A stretch of DNA of 64,000 nucleotides from Eledone cirrhosa (GCA_964016885.1 OZ024743.1:117366001-117430000), one strand, 5' to 3'; counted from the first letter of the stretch, positions 23,324 through 36,309 are shown. Notes: generated by a model not told the origin, from the sequence alone. Numbers and translations: made by a program.

Positions 23324-23718
23324 AAAATGGTATTGTTTCCATGATATGTTTTATAAAATTGACATTAATATTAATATTACGAAATAATTATATGGTACAT
23401 TCATGTATCATGATCAATTGATATTCACCCTAAATATCTAATAGCAAAGCGAAATTTTCAGTGAGTTTTCAAAACATTCTTATATATTTATGAAATTATT
23501 TTGCTATAGGTATGATATGAATTTACTAATATTAATTTTAGTATATAGAACTTGCAACAGGAATAAGCAAGTTCAATTCAAATATTTATGTTTTACATAT
23601 AAATTACTCGTTTCTAAATCATAAATGATTATATTTCTCGAAGTATTTGTTTAATATAAATATATTGTGGCGATACTGATGTAATTATGACGTCAAATAG
23701 AGAGTCACTTGCTGTACA

Positions 23719-23791
23719 GCCGAAATAGCTCAGTTGGGAGAGCGTTAGACTGAAGATCTAAAGGTCCCCTGTTCAATCACGGGTTTCGGCA
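23719..23791 (+). tRNA. trnF: tRNA-Phe(GAA) U20, B-box damaged
   Basis: C61A. Confidence 0.65.
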
Positions 23792-24098
23792 TGCAGACAT
23801 TATTATTTTCTCAAATATTTCTAATGATTTTGATAGAGAACTATATATGATTTAAATAACAATTAATCGAATGGTTCCTTTGTCAGTCATCAAAAAGTCA
23901 CTTTTATTTTAGTAGACACCAAATAATACCAACTATCAGCAAAACGTCATATAGTTCAGGTGTGTTTTTGAACATTTAGTTCCGATTCAATAAAAGAGGA
24001 ATATTAGACGACAATATCAGCTATTCAGTTTATCAATTCAAATAATGTGTTGAACATTCTAAACGAAACCGTCTATATATGAATGTATAGTAAGAGCT

Positions 24099-24104
24099 GT
24101 CTCT

Positions 24105-24138
<34 letters not shown>

Positions 24139-24172
24139 TGAAAGGTTGGTGGTTCAAGTCCACCCAGGGTCG
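24099..24172 (+). tRNA. trnN: tRNA-Asn(GTT) U20
   Basis: A71T acceptor mismatch. Confidence 0.8.
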
Positions 24173-24510
24173 TAATAGTCTACTTTTGCTTTAGAAACAT
24201 TACTAAAAAATCTGTATATTTAGGTTTACAGCTTGCATTTAGAATTATTTGTAACACTAATACATGTTTCAATATATTACCCTGATAAAGATTAATTTTG
24301 CTTTACGTTACCTAAACCATATCATCTCTACTGGATTGTATTTCACCAAAAATCTTCATATTTCTATCTTAAACGAACACTGATCATCATCTGATGGAAC
24401 ATATAAAGTGTATGTTATAAAAAAAATTCAAATGTTTTAACAATCTAAAGTAGATTATATTTATGTTTGTTTAAGTCCTTTCATAAATATACATTCAGCA
24501 CGCACCATTG

Positions 24511-24583
24511 ATCCGGCTAGCTCAGTCGGTAGAGCAGGAGACACTTAATCTCAGAGTCCAGGGTTCGTGTCCAACGTTGGGTG
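24511..24583 (+). pseudogene. trnK: tRNA-Lys(CTT) pseudogene U21
   Basis: Array Lys consensus. Confidence 0.85.
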
Positions 24584-24978
24584 AAAATGGTATTGTTTCC
24601 ATGATATGTTTTATAAAATTGACATTAATATTAATATTACGAAATAATTATATGGTACATTCATGTATCATGATCAATTGATATTCACCCTAAATATTTA
24701 ATAGCAAAGCGAAATTTTCAGTGAGTTTTCAAAACATTCTTATATATTTATGAAATTATTTTGCTATAGGTATGATATGAAGTTACTAATATTAATTTTA
24801 GTATATAGAACATGCAACAGGAATAAGCAAGTTCAATTCAAATATTTATGTTTTACATAAAAATTACTCGTTTCTAAATCATAAATGATTATATTTCTCG
24901 AAGTCTTTGTTTAATATAAATATATTGTGGCGATACTGATGTAATTATGACGTCAAATAGAGAGTCACTAGCTGAACA

Positions 24979-25051
24979 GCCGAAATTGCTCAGTTGGGAG
25001 AGCGTTAGACTAAAGATCTAAAGGTCCCCTGTTCAATCACGGGTTTCGGCA
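24979..25051 (+). tRNA. trnF: tRNA-Phe(AAA) variant U21, damaged
   Basis: G34A (loop CTAAAGA), A9T, C61A. Confidence 0.6.
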
Positions 25052-25357
25052 TGCAGACTTATTATTTTCTCAAATATTTCTAATGATTTTGATAGAGAAC
25101 TATATATGATTTAAATAACAATTAATCGAATGGTTCCTTTGTCAGTCATCAAAAAGTCACTTTTATTTTAGTAGACACCAAATAATACCAACTATCAGCA
25201 AAACGTCATATAGTTCAGGTGTGTTTTTGAACATTTAGTTCCGATTCAATAAAAGAGGAATATTAGACGACAATATCAGCTATTCAGTTTATCAATTCAA
25301 ATAATGTGTTGAACATTTTAAACGAAACCGTCTAAATATGAATGTATAGCAAGAGCC

Positions 25358-25363
25358 GTCTCT

Positions 25364-25397
<34 letters not shown>

Positions 25398-25431
25398 TGA
25401 AAGGTTGGTGGTTCAAGTCCACCCAGGGACG
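25358..25431 (+). tRNA. trnN: tRNA-Asn(GTT) U21
   Basis: Consensus, intact. Confidence 0.92.
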
Positions 25432-25769
25432 TAATTGTCTACTTTTGCTTTAGAAACATTACTAAAAAATCTGTATATTTAGGTTTACAGCTTGCATTTA
25501 GAATTATTTGTAACACTAATACATGTTTCAATATATTACCCTGATAAAGATTAATTTTGCTTTACGTTACCTAAACCATTTCATCTCTACTGGATTGTAT
25601 TTCACCAAAAATCTTCATATTTCTATCTTAAACGAACACTGATCATCATCTGATGGAACATATAAAGTGTATGTTATGAAAAAAATTCAAATGTTTTAAC
25701 AATCTAAGGTAGATTATATTTATGTTTGTTTAAGTTCTTTCGTAAATATACATTCAACACGCACCATTG

Positions 25770-25842
25770 ATCCGGCTAGCTCAGTCGGTAGAGCAGGAGA
25801 CACTTAATCTCAGAGTCCAGGGTTCGTGTCCAACGTTGGGTG
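25770..25842 (+). pseudogene. trnK: tRNA-Lys(CTT) pseudogene U22
   Basis: Array Lys consensus. Confidence 0.85.
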
Positions 25843-26237
25843 AAAATGGTATTGTTTCCATGATATGTTTTATAAAATTGACATTAATATTAATATTACG
25901 AAATAAGTATATGGTACATTCATGTATCATGATCAATTGATATTCACCCTAAATATCTAATTGCAAAGCGAAATTTTCAGTGAGTTTTCAAAGCATTCTT
26001 ATATATTTATGAAATTATTTTGCTATAGGTATGATATGAATTTACTAATATTAATTTTAGTATATAGAACATGCAACAGGAATAAGCAAGTTCAATTCAA
26101 ATATTTATGTTTTACAAAAATATTACTCGTTTCTAAATCATAAATGATTATATTTCTCGAAGTATTTGTTTAATATAAATATATTGTGGCGATACTGATG
26201 TAATTATGACGTCAAATAGAGAGTCACTAGCTGAACA

Positions 26238-26310
26238 GCCGAAATTGCTCAGTTGGGAGAGCGTTAGACTGAAGATCTAATCGTCCCCTGTTCAATCCCG
26301 GGCTTCGGCA
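26238..26310 (+). tRNA. trnF: tRNA-Phe(GAA) U22
   Basis: A9T, A44T, G45C, T66C. Confidence 0.65.
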
Positions 26311-26616
26311 TGCAGACTTAGTATTTTCTCAAATATTTCTAATGATTTTGATAGAGAACTATATATGATTTAAATAACAATTAATCGAATGGTTCCTTTG
26401 TCAGTCATCAAAAAGTCACTTTTATTTTAGTAGACACCAAATAATACCAACTATCAGCAAAACGTCGTATAGTTCAGGTGTGTTTTTGAACATTTAGTTC
26501 CGATTCAATAAAAGAGGAATATTAGACGACAATATCAGCTATTCAGTTTATCAATTCAAATAATGTGTTGAACATTCTAAACGAAACCGTCTATATATGA
26601 ATGTATAGTAAGAGTT

Positions 26617-26622
26617 GTCTCT

Positions 26623-26656
<34 letters not shown>

Positions 26657-26690
26657 TGAAAGGTTGGTGGTTCAAGTCCACCCAGGGTCG
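26617..26690 (+). tRNA. trnN: tRNA-Asn(GTT) U22
   Basis: A71T. Confidence 0.8.
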
Positions 26691-27028
26691 TAATAGTCTA
26701 CTTTTGCTTTAGAAACATTACTAAAAAATCTGTATATTTAGGTTTACAGCTTGCATTTAGAATTATTTGTAACACTAATACATGTTTCAATATATTACCC
26801 TGATAAAGATTAATTTTGCTTTACGTTACCTAAACCATTTCATCTCTACGGGATTGTATTTCACCAAAAATCTTCATATTTCTATCTTAAACGAACACTG
26901 ATCATCATCTGATGGAACATATAAAGTGTATGTTATAAAAAAAATTCAAATGTTTTAACAATCTAAAGTAGATTATATTTATGTTTGTTTAAGTTCTTTC
27001 GTAAATATACATTCAGCATGCAACATTG

Positions 27029-27101
27029 ATCCGGCTAGCTCAGTCGGTAGAGCAGGAGACACTTAATCTCAGAGTCCAGGGTTCGTGTCCAACGTTGGGT
27101 G
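27029..27101 (+). pseudogene. trnK: tRNA-Lys(CTT) pseudogene U23
   Basis: Array Lys consensus. Confidence 0.85.
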
Positions 27102-27496
27102 AAAATGGTATTGTTTCCATGATATGTTTTATAAAATTGACATTAATATTAATATTACGAAATAATTATATGGTACATTCATGTATCATGATCAATTGAT
27201 ATTCACCCTAAATATTTAATAGCAAAGCGAAATTTTCAGTGAGTTTTCAAAACATTCTTATATATTTATGAAATTATTTTGCTATAGGTATGATATGAAG
27301 TTACTAATATTAATTTTAGTATATAGAACATGCAACAGGAATAAGCAAGTTCAATTCAAATATTTATGTTTTACATAAAAATTACTCGTTTCTAAATCAT
27401 AAATGATTATATTTCTCGAAGTCTTTGTTTAATATAAATATATTGTGGCGATACTGATGTAATTATGACGTCAAATAGAGAGTCACTAGCTGAACA

Positions 27497-27569
27497 GCCG
27501 AAATTGCTCAGTTGGGAGAGCGTTAGACTAAAGATCTAAAGGTCCCCTGTTCAATCACGGGTTTCGGCA
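27497..27569 (+). tRNA. trnF: tRNA-Phe(AAA) variant U23, damaged
   Basis: G34A, A9T, C61A. Confidence 0.6.
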
Positions 27570-27875
27570 TGCAGACTTATTATTTTCTCAAATATTTCTA
27601 ATGATTTTGATAGAGAACTATATATGATTTAAATAACAATTAATCGAATGGTTCCTTTGTCAGTCATCAAAAAGTCACTTTTATTTTAGTAGACACCAAA
27701 TAATACCAACTATCAGCAAAACGTCATATAGTTCAGGTGTGTTTTTGAACATTTAGTTCCGATTCAATAAAAGAGGAATATTAGACGACAATATCAGCTA
27801 TTCAGTTTATCAATTCAAATAATGTGTTGAACATTTTAAACGAAACCGTCTATATATGAATGTATAGCAAGAGCT

Positions 27876-27881
27876 GTCTCT

Positions 27882-27915
<34 letters not shown>

Positions 27916-27949
27916 TGAAAGGTTGGTGGTTCAAGTCCACCCAGGGACG
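27876..27949 (+). tRNA. trnN: tRNA-Asn(GTT) U23
   Basis: Consensus, intact. Confidence 0.92.
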
Positions 27950-28287
27950 TAATTGTCTACTTTTGCTTTAGAAACATTACTAAAAAATCTGTATATTTAG
28001 GTTTACAGCTTGCATTTAGAATTATTTGTAACACTAATACATGTTTCAATATATTACCCTGATAAAGATTAATTTTGCTTTACGTTACCTAAACCATTTC
28101 ATCTCTACTGGATTGTATTTCACCAAAAATCTTCATATTTCTATCTTAAACGAACACTGATCATCATCTGATGGAACATATAAAGTGTATGTTATGAAAA
28201 AAATTCAAATGTTTTAACAATCTAAGGTAGATTATATTTATGTTTGTTTAAGTTCTTTCGTAAATATACATTCAACACGCACCATTG

Positions 28288-28360
28288 ATCCGGCTAGCTC
28301 AGTCGGTAGAGCAGGAGACACTTAATCTCAGAGTCCAGGGTTCGTGTCCAACGTTGGGTG
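28288..28360 (+). pseudogene. trnK: tRNA-Lys(CTT) pseudogene U24
   Basis: Array Lys consensus. Confidence 0.85.
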
Positions 28361-28755
28361 AAAATGGTATTGTTTCCATGATATGTTTTATAAAATTGAC
28401 ATTAATATTAATATTACGAAATAAGTATATGGTACATTCATGTATCATGATCAATTGATATTCACCCTAAATATCTAATTGCAAAGCGAAATTTTCAGTG
28501 AGTTTTCAAAGCATTCTTATATATTTATGAAATTATTTTGCTATAGGTATGATATGAATTTACTAATATTAATTTTAGTATATAGAACATGCAACAGGAA
28601 TAAGCAAGTTCAATTCAAATATTTATGTTTTACAAAAATATTACTCGTTTCTAAATCATAAATGATTATATTTCTCGAAGTATTTGTTTAATATAAATAT
28701 ATTGTGGCGATACTGATGTAATTATGACGTCAAATAGAGAGTCACTAGCTGAACA

Positions 28756-28828
28756 GCCGAAATTGCTCAGTTGGGAGAGCGTTAGACTGAAGATCTAATG
28801 GTCCCCTGTTCAATCCCGGGCTTCGGCA
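28756..28828 (+). tRNA. trnF: tRNA-Phe(GAA) U24
   Basis: A9T, A44T, T66C. Confidence 0.65.
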
Positions 28829-29134
28829 TGCAGACTTAGTATTTTCTCAAATATTTCTAATGATTTTGATAGAGAACTATATATGATTTAAATAACAATT
28901 AATCGAATGGTTCCTTTGTCAGTCATCAAAAAGTCACTTTTATTTTAGTAGACACCAAATAATACCAACTATCAGCAAAACGTCGTATAGTTCAGGTGTG
29001 TTTTTGAACATTTAGTTCCGATTCAATAAAAGAGGAATATTAGACGACAATATCAGCTATTCAGTTTATCAATTCAAATAATGTGTTGAACATTCTAAAC
29101 GAAACCGTCTATATATGAATGTATAGTAAGAGTT

Positions 29135-29140
29135 GTCTCT

Positions 29141-29174
<34 letters not shown>

Positions 29175-29208
29175 TGAAAGGTTGGTGGTTCAAGTCCACC
29201 CAGGGTCG
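29135..29208 (+). tRNA. trnN: tRNA-Asn(GTT) U24
   Basis: A71T. Confidence 0.8.
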
Positions 29209-29546
29209 TAATAGTCTACTTTTGCTTTAGAAACATTACTAAAAAATCTGTATATTTAGGTTTACAGCTTGCATTTAGAATTATTTGTAACACTAATACA
29301 TGTTTCAATATATTACCCTGATAAAGATTAATTTTGCTTTACGTTACCTAAACCATTTCATCTCTACGGGATTGTATTTCACCAAAAATCTTCATATTTC
29401 TATCTTAAACGAACACTGATCATCATCTGATGGAACATATAAAGTGTATGTTATAAAAAAAATTCAAATGTTTTAACAATCTAAAGTAGATTATATTTAT
29501 GTTTGTTTAAGTTCTTTCGTAAATATACATTCAGCATGCAACATTG

Positions 29547-29619
29547 ATCCGGCTAGCTCAGTCGGTAGAGCAGGAGACACTTAATCTCAGAGTCCAGGGT
29601 TCGTGTCCAACGTTGGGTG
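29547..29619 (+). pseudogene. trnK: tRNA-Lys(CTT) pseudogene U25
   Basis: Array Lys consensus. Confidence 0.85.
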
Positions 29620-30014
29620 AAAATGGTATTGTTTCCATGATATGTTTTATAAAATTGACATTAATATTAATATTACGAAATAATTATATGGTACATTCAT
29701 GTATCATGATCAATTGATATTCACCCTAAATATTTAATAGCAAAGCGAAATTTTCAGTGAGTTTTCAAAACATTCTTATATATTTATGAAATTATTTTGC
29801 TATAGGTATGATATGAAGTTACTAATATTAATTTTAGTATATAGAACATGCAACAGGAATAAGCAAGTTCAATTCAAATATTTATGTTTTACAAAAATAT
29901 TACTCGTTTCTAAATCATAAATGATTATATTTCTCGAAGTATTTGTTTAATATAAATATATTGTGGCGATACTGATGTAATTATGACGTCAAATACAGAG
30001 TCACTAGCTGTACA

Positions 30015-30087
30015 GCCGAAATAGCTCAGTTGGGAGAGCGTTAGACTAAAGATCTAAAGGTCCCCTGTTCAATCACGGGTTTCGGCA
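30015..30087 (+). tRNA. trnF: tRNA-Phe(AAA) variant U25, B-box damaged
   Basis: G34A, C61A. Confidence 0.6.
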
Positions 30088-30393
30088 TGCAGACTTATTA
30101 TTTTCTCAAATATTTCTAATGATTTTGATAGAGAACTATATATGATTTAAATAACAATTAATCGAATGGTTCCTTTGTCAGTCATCAAAAAGTCACTTTT
30201 ATTTTAGTAGACACCAAATAATACCAACTATCAGCAAAACGTCATATAGTTCAGGTGTGTTTTTGAACATTTAGTTCCGATTCAATAAAAGAGGAATATT
30301 AGACGACAATATCAGCTATTCAGTTTATCAATTCAAATAATGTGTTGAACATTCTAAACGAAACCGTCTATATATGAATGTATAGTAAGAGCT

Positions 30394-30467
30394 GTCTCTG
30401 TGGCGCAATCGGTTAGCGCGTTCGGATGTTAACTGAAAGGTTGGTGGTTCAAGTCCACCCAGGGTCG
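30394..30467 (+). tRNA. trnN: tRNA-Asn(GTT) U25
   Basis: C32A, A71T. Confidence 0.72.
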
Positions 30468-30805
30468 TAATAGTCTACTTTTGCTTTAGAAACATTACTA
30501 AAAAATCTGTATATTTAGGTTTACAGCTTGCATTTAGAATTATTTGTAACACTAATACATGTTTCAATATATTACCCTGATAAAGATTAATTTTGCTTTA
30601 CGTTACCTAAACCATTTCATCTCTACTGGATTGTATTTCACCAAAAATCTTCATATTTCTATCTTAAACGAACACTGATCATCATCTGATGGAACATATA
30701 AAGTGTATGTTATAAAAAAAATTCAAATGTTTTAACAATCTAAAGTAGATTATATTTATGTTTGTTTAAGTCCTTTCATAAATATACATTCAGCACGCAC
30801 CATTG

Positions 30806-30878
30806 ATCCGGCTAGCTCAGTCGGTAGAGCAGGAGACACTTAATCTCAGAGTCCAGGGTTCGTGTCCAACGTTGGGTG
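30806..30878 (+). pseudogene. trnK: tRNA-Lys(CTT) pseudogene U26
   Basis: Array Lys consensus. Confidence 0.85.
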
Positions 30879-31273
30879 AAAATGGTATTGTTTCCATGAT
30901 ATGTTTTATAAAATTGACATTAATATTAATATTACGAAATAATTATATGGTACATTCATGTATCATGATCAATTGATATTCACCCTAAATATTTAATAGC
31001 AAAGCGAAATTTTCAGTGAGTTTTCAAAACATTCTTATATATTTATGAAATTATTTTGCTATAGGTATGATATGAAGTTACTAATATTAATTTTAGTATA
31101 TAGAACATGCAACAGGAATAAGCAAGTTCAATTCAAATATTTATGTTTTACATAAAAATTACTCGTTTCTAAATCATAAATGATTATATTTCTCGAAGTA
31201 TTTGTTTAATATAAATATATTGTGGCGATACTGATGTAATTATGACGTCAAATAGAGAGTCACTAGCTGTACA

Positions 31274-31346
31274 GCCGAAATAGCTCAGTTGGGAGAGCGT
31301 TAGACTGAAGATCTAAAGGTTCTCTGTTCAATCCCGTGTTTCGGCA
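31274..31346 (+). tRNA. trnF: tRNA-Phe(GAA) U26
   Basis: C48T, C50T, G64T (weak T-stem). Confidence 0.65.
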
Positions 31347-31652
31347 TGCAGACGTATTATTTTCTCAAATATTTCTAATGATTTTGATAGAGAACTATAT
31401 ATGATTTAAATAACAATTAATCGAATGGTTCATTTGTCAGTCATCGAAAAGTCACTTTTATTTTAGTAGACACCAAATAATACCAACTATCAGCAACACG
31501 TCATATAGTTCAGGTGTGTTTTTGAACATTTAGTTCCGATTCAATAAAAGAGGAATATTAGACGACAATATCAGCTATTCAGTTTATCAATTCAAATAAT
31601 GTGTTGAACATACTAAACGAAACCGTCTATATATGAATGTATAGCAAGAGCT

Positions 31653-31658
31653 GTCTCT

Positions 31659-31692
<34 letters not shown>

Positions 31693-31726
31693 TGAAAGGT
31701 TTGTGGTTCAAGTCCACCCAGGGACG
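31653..31726 (+). tRNA. trnN: tRNA-Asn(GTT) U26
   Basis: G49T. Confidence 0.8.
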
Positions 31727-32064
31727 TAATTGTCTACTTTTGCTTTAGAAACATTACTAAAAAATCTGTATATTTAGGTTTACAGCTTGCATTTAGAATT
31801 ATTTGTAACACTAATACATGTTTCAATATATTACCCTGATAAAGATTAATTTTGCTTTACGTTACCTAAACCATTTCATCTCTACTGGATTGTATTTCAC
31901 CAAAAATCTTCATATTTCTATCTTAAACGAACACTGATCATCATCTGATGGAACATATAAAGTGTATGTTATGAAAAAAATTCAAATGTTTTAACAATCT
32001 AAGGTAGATTATATTTATGTTTGTTTAAGTTCTTTCGTAAATATACATTCAACACGCACCATTG

Positions 32065-32137
32065 ATCCGGCTAGCTCAGTCGGTAGAGCAGGAGACACTT
32101 AATCTCAGAGTCCAGGGTTCGTGTCCAACGTTGGGTG
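32065..32137 (+). pseudogene. trnK: tRNA-Lys(CTT) pseudogene U27
   Basis: Array Lys consensus. Confidence 0.85.
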
Positions 32138-32532
32138 AAAATGGTATTGTTTCCATGATATGTTTTATAAAATTGACATTAATATTAATATTACGAAATA
32201 ATTATATGGTACATTCATGTATCATGATCAATTGATATTCACCCTAAATATCTAATTGCAAAGCGAAATTTTCAGTGAGTTTTCAAAGCATTCTTATATA
32301 TTTATGAAATTATTTTGCTATAGGTATGATATGAATTTATTAATATTAATTTTAGTATATAGAACATGCAACAGGAATAAGCAAGTTCAATTCAAATATT
32401 TATGTTTTACAAAAATATTACTCGTTTCTAAATCATAAATGATTATATTTCTCGAAGTATTTGTTTAATATAAATATATTGTGGCGATACTGATGTAATT
32501 ATGACGTCAAATAGAGAGTCACTAGCTGAACA

Positions 32533-32605
32533 GCCGAAATTGCTCAGTTGGGAGAGCGTTAGACTGAAGATCTAATGGTCCCCTGTTCAATCCCGGGCTT
32601 CGGCA
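32533..32605 (+). tRNA. trnF: tRNA-Phe(GAA) U27
   Basis: A9T, A44T, T66C. Confidence 0.65.
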
Positions 32606-32911
32606 TGCAGACTTAGTATTTTCTCAAATATTTCTAATGATTTTGATAGAGAACTATATATGATTTAAATAACAATTAATCGAATGGTTCCTTTGTCAGT
32701 CATCAAAAAGTCACTTTTATTTTAGTAGACACCAAATAATACCAACTATCAGCAAAACGTCGTATAGTTCAGGTGTGTTTTTGAACATTTAGTTCCGATT
32801 CAATAAAAGAGGAATATTAGACGACAATATCAGCTATTCAGTTTATCAATTCAAATAATGTGTTGAACATTCTAAACGAAACCGTCTATATATGAATGTA
32901 TAGTAAGAGTT

Positions 32912-32917
32912 GTCTCT

Positions 32918-32951
<34 letters not shown>

Positions 32952-32985
32952 TGAAAGGTTGGTGGTTCAAGTCCACCCAGGGTCG
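32912..32985 (+). tRNA. trnN: tRNA-Asn(GTT) U27
   Basis: A71T. Confidence 0.8.
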
Positions 32986-33323
32986 TAATAGTCTACTTTT
33001 GCTTTAGAAACATTACTAAAAAATCTGTATATTTAGGTTTACAGCTTGCATTTAGAATTATTTGTAACACTAATACATGTTTCAATATATTACCCTGATA
33101 AAGATTAATTTTGCTTTACGTTACCTAAACCATTTCATCTCTACTGGATTGTATTTCACCAAAAATCTTCATATTTCTATCTTAAACGAACACTGATCAT
33201 CATCTGATGGAACATATAAAGTGTATGTTATGAAAAAAATTCAAATGTTTTAACAATCTAAGGTAGATTATATTTATGTTTGTTTAAGTTCTTTCGTAAA
33301 TATACATTCAACACGCACCATTG

Positions 33324-33396
33324 ATCCGGCTAGCTCAGTCGGTAGAGCAGGAGACACTTAATCTCAGAGTCCAGGGTTCGTGTCCAACGTTGGGTG
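33324..33396 (+). pseudogene. trnK: tRNA-Lys(CTT) pseudogene U28
   Basis: Array Lys consensus. Confidence 0.85.
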
Positions 33397-33791
33397 AAAA
33401 TGGTATTGTTTCCATGATATGTTTTATAAAATTGACATTAATATTAATATTACGAAATAATTATATGGTACATTCATGTATCATGATCAATTGATATTCA
33501 CCCTAAATATCTAATTGCAAAGCGAAATTTTCAGTGAGTTTTCAAAGCATTCTTATATATTTATGAAATTATTTTGCTATAGGTATGATATGAATTTATT
33601 AATATTAATTTTAGTATATAGAACATGCAACAGGAATAAGCAAGTTCAATTCAAATATTTATGTTTTACAAAAATATTACTCGTTTCTAAATCATAAATG
33701 ATTATATTTCTCGAAGTATTTGTTTAATATAAATATATTGTGGCGATACTGATGTAATTATGACGTCAAATAGAGAGTCACTAGCTGAACA

Positions 33792-33864
33792 GCCGAAATT
33801 GCTCAGTTGGGAGAGCGTTAGACTGAAGATCTAATGGTCCCCTGTTCAATCCCGGGCTTCGGCA
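33792..33864 (+). tRNA. trnF: tRNA-Phe(GAA) U28
   Basis: A9T, A44T, T66C. Confidence 0.65.
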
Positions 33865-34170
33865 TGCAGACTTAGTATTTTCTCAAATATTTCTAATGAT
33901 TTTGATAGAGAACTATATATGATTTAAATAACAATTAATCGAATGGTTCCTTTGTCAGTCATCAAAAAGTCACTTTTATTTTAGTAGACACCAAATAATA
34001 CCAACTATCAGCAAAACGTCGTATAGTTCAGGTGTGTTTTTGAACATTTAGTTCCGATTCAATAAAAGAGGAATATTAGACGACAATATCAGCTATTCAG
34101 TTTATCAATTCAAATAATGTGTTGAACATTCTAAACGAAACCGTCTATATATGAATGTATAGTAAGAGTT

Positions 34171-34176
34171 GTCTCT

Positions 34177-34210
<34 letters not shown>

Positions 34211-34244
34211 TGAAAGGTTGGTGGTTCAAGTCCACCCAGGGTCG
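34171..34244 (+). tRNA. trnN: tRNA-Asn(GTT) U28
   Basis: A71T. Confidence 0.8.
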
Positions 34245-34582
34245 TAATAGTCTACTTTTGCTTTAGAAACATTACTAAAAAATCTGTATATTTAGGTTTA
34301 CAGCTTGCATTTAGAATTATTTGTAACACTAATACATGTTTCAATATATTACCCTGATAAAGATTAATTTTGCTTTACGTTACCTAAACCATTTCATCTC
34401 TACTGGATTGTATTTCACCAAAAATCTTCATATTTCTATCTTAAACGAACACTGATCATCATCTGATGGAACATATAAAGTGTATGTTATAAAAAAAATT
34501 CAAATGTTTTAACAATCTAAAGTAGATTATATTTATGTTTGTTTAAGTTCTTTCGTAAATATACATTCAGCATGCAACATTG

Positions 34583-34655
34583 ATCCGGCTAGCTCAGTCG
34601 GTAGAGCAGGAGACACTTAATCTCAGAGTCCAGGGTTCGTGTCCAACGTTGGGTG
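34583..34655 (+). pseudogene. trnK: tRNA-Lys(CTT) pseudogene U29
   Basis: Array Lys consensus. Confidence 0.85.
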
Positions 34656-35050
34656 AAAATGGTATTGTTTCCATGATATGTTTTATAAAATTGACATTAA
34701 TATTAATATTACGAAATAATTATATGGTACATTCATGTATCATGATCAATTGATATTCACCCTAAATATTTAATAGCAAAGCGAAATTTTCAGTGAGTTT
34801 TCAAAACATTCTTATATATTTATGAAATTATTTTGCTATAGGTATGATATGAAGTTACTAATATTAATTTTAGTATATAGAACATGCAACAGGAATAAGC
34901 AAGTTCAATTCAAATATTTATGTTTTACAAAAATATTACTCGTTTCTAAATCATAAATGATTATATTTCTCGAAGTATTTGTTTAATATAAATATATTGT
35001 GGCGATACTGATGTAATTATGACGTCAAATACAGAGTCACTAGCTGTACA

Positions 35051-35123
35051 GCCGAAATAGCTCAGTTGGGAGAGCGTTAGACTAAAGATCTAAAGGTCCC
35101 CTGTTCAATCCCGGGTTTCGGCA
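35051..35123 (+). tRNA. trnF: tRNA-Phe(AAA) variant U29, promoter boxes intact
   Basis: G34A is the only change from the array consensus. Confidence 0.75.
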
Positions 35124-35429
35124 TGCAGACGTATTATTTTCTCAAATATTTCTAATGATTTTGATAGAGAACTATATATGATTTAAAGAACAATTAATCG
35201 AATGGTTCATTTGTCAGTCATCAAAAAGTCACTTTTATTTTAGTAGACACCAAATAATACCAACTATCAGCAAAACGTCATATAGTTCAGGTGTGTTTTT
35301 GAACATTTAGTTCCGATTCAATAAAAGAGGAATATTAGACGACAATATCAGCTATTCAGTTTATCAATTCAAATAATGTGTTGAACATTCTAAACGAAAC
35401 CGTCAATATATGAATGTATAGTAAGAGCT

Positions 35430-35503
35430 GTCTCTGTGGCGCAATCGGTTAACGCGTTCGGCTGTTAACTGAAAGGTTGGTGGTTCAAGTCCACCCAGGG
35501 ACG
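35430..35503 (+). tRNA. trnN: tRNA-Asn(GTT) U29
   Basis: G22A. Confidence 0.8.
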
Positions 35504-35841
35504 TAATAGTCTACTTTTGCTTTAGAAACATTACTAATAAATCTGTATATTTAGGTTTACAGCTTGCATTTAGAATTATTTGTAACACTAATACATGTTT
35601 CAATATATTACCCTGATAAAGATTAATTTTGCTTTACGTTACCTAAACCATTTCATCTCTACTGGATTGTATTTCACCAAAAATCTTCATATTTCTATCT
35701 TAAACGAACACTGATCATCATCTGATGGAACATATAAAGTGTATGTTATAAAAAAAATTCAAATGTTTTAACAATCTAAGGTAGATTATATTTATTTTTG
35801 TTTAAGTTCTTTCGTAAATATACATTCAACGCGCACCATTG

Positions 35842-35914
35842 ATCCGGCTAGCTCAGTCGGTAGAGCAGGAGACACTTAATCTCAGAGTCCAGGGTTCGTG
35901 TCCAACGTTGGGTG
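35842..35914 (+). pseudogene. trnK: tRNA-Lys(CTT) pseudogene U30
   Basis: Array Lys consensus. Confidence 0.85.
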
Positions 35915-36309
35915 AAAATGGTATTGTTTCCATGATATGTTTTATAAAATTGACATTAATATTAATATTACGAAATAATTATATGGTACATTCATGTATC
36001 GTGATCAATTGATATTCACCCTAAATATCTAATAGCAAAGCGAAATTTTCAGTGAGTTTTCAAAACATTCTTATATATTTATGAAATTATTTTGCTATAG
36101 GTATGATATGAATTTACTAATATTAATTTTAGTATATAGAACTTGCAACAGGAATAAGCAAGTTCAATTCTAATATTTATGTTTTACATAAAAATTACTC
36201 GTTTCTAAATCATAAATGATTATATTTCTCGAAGTATTTGTTTAATATAAATATATTGTGGCGATACTGATGTAATTATGACTTCAAATAGAGAGTCACT
36301 AGCTGAACA

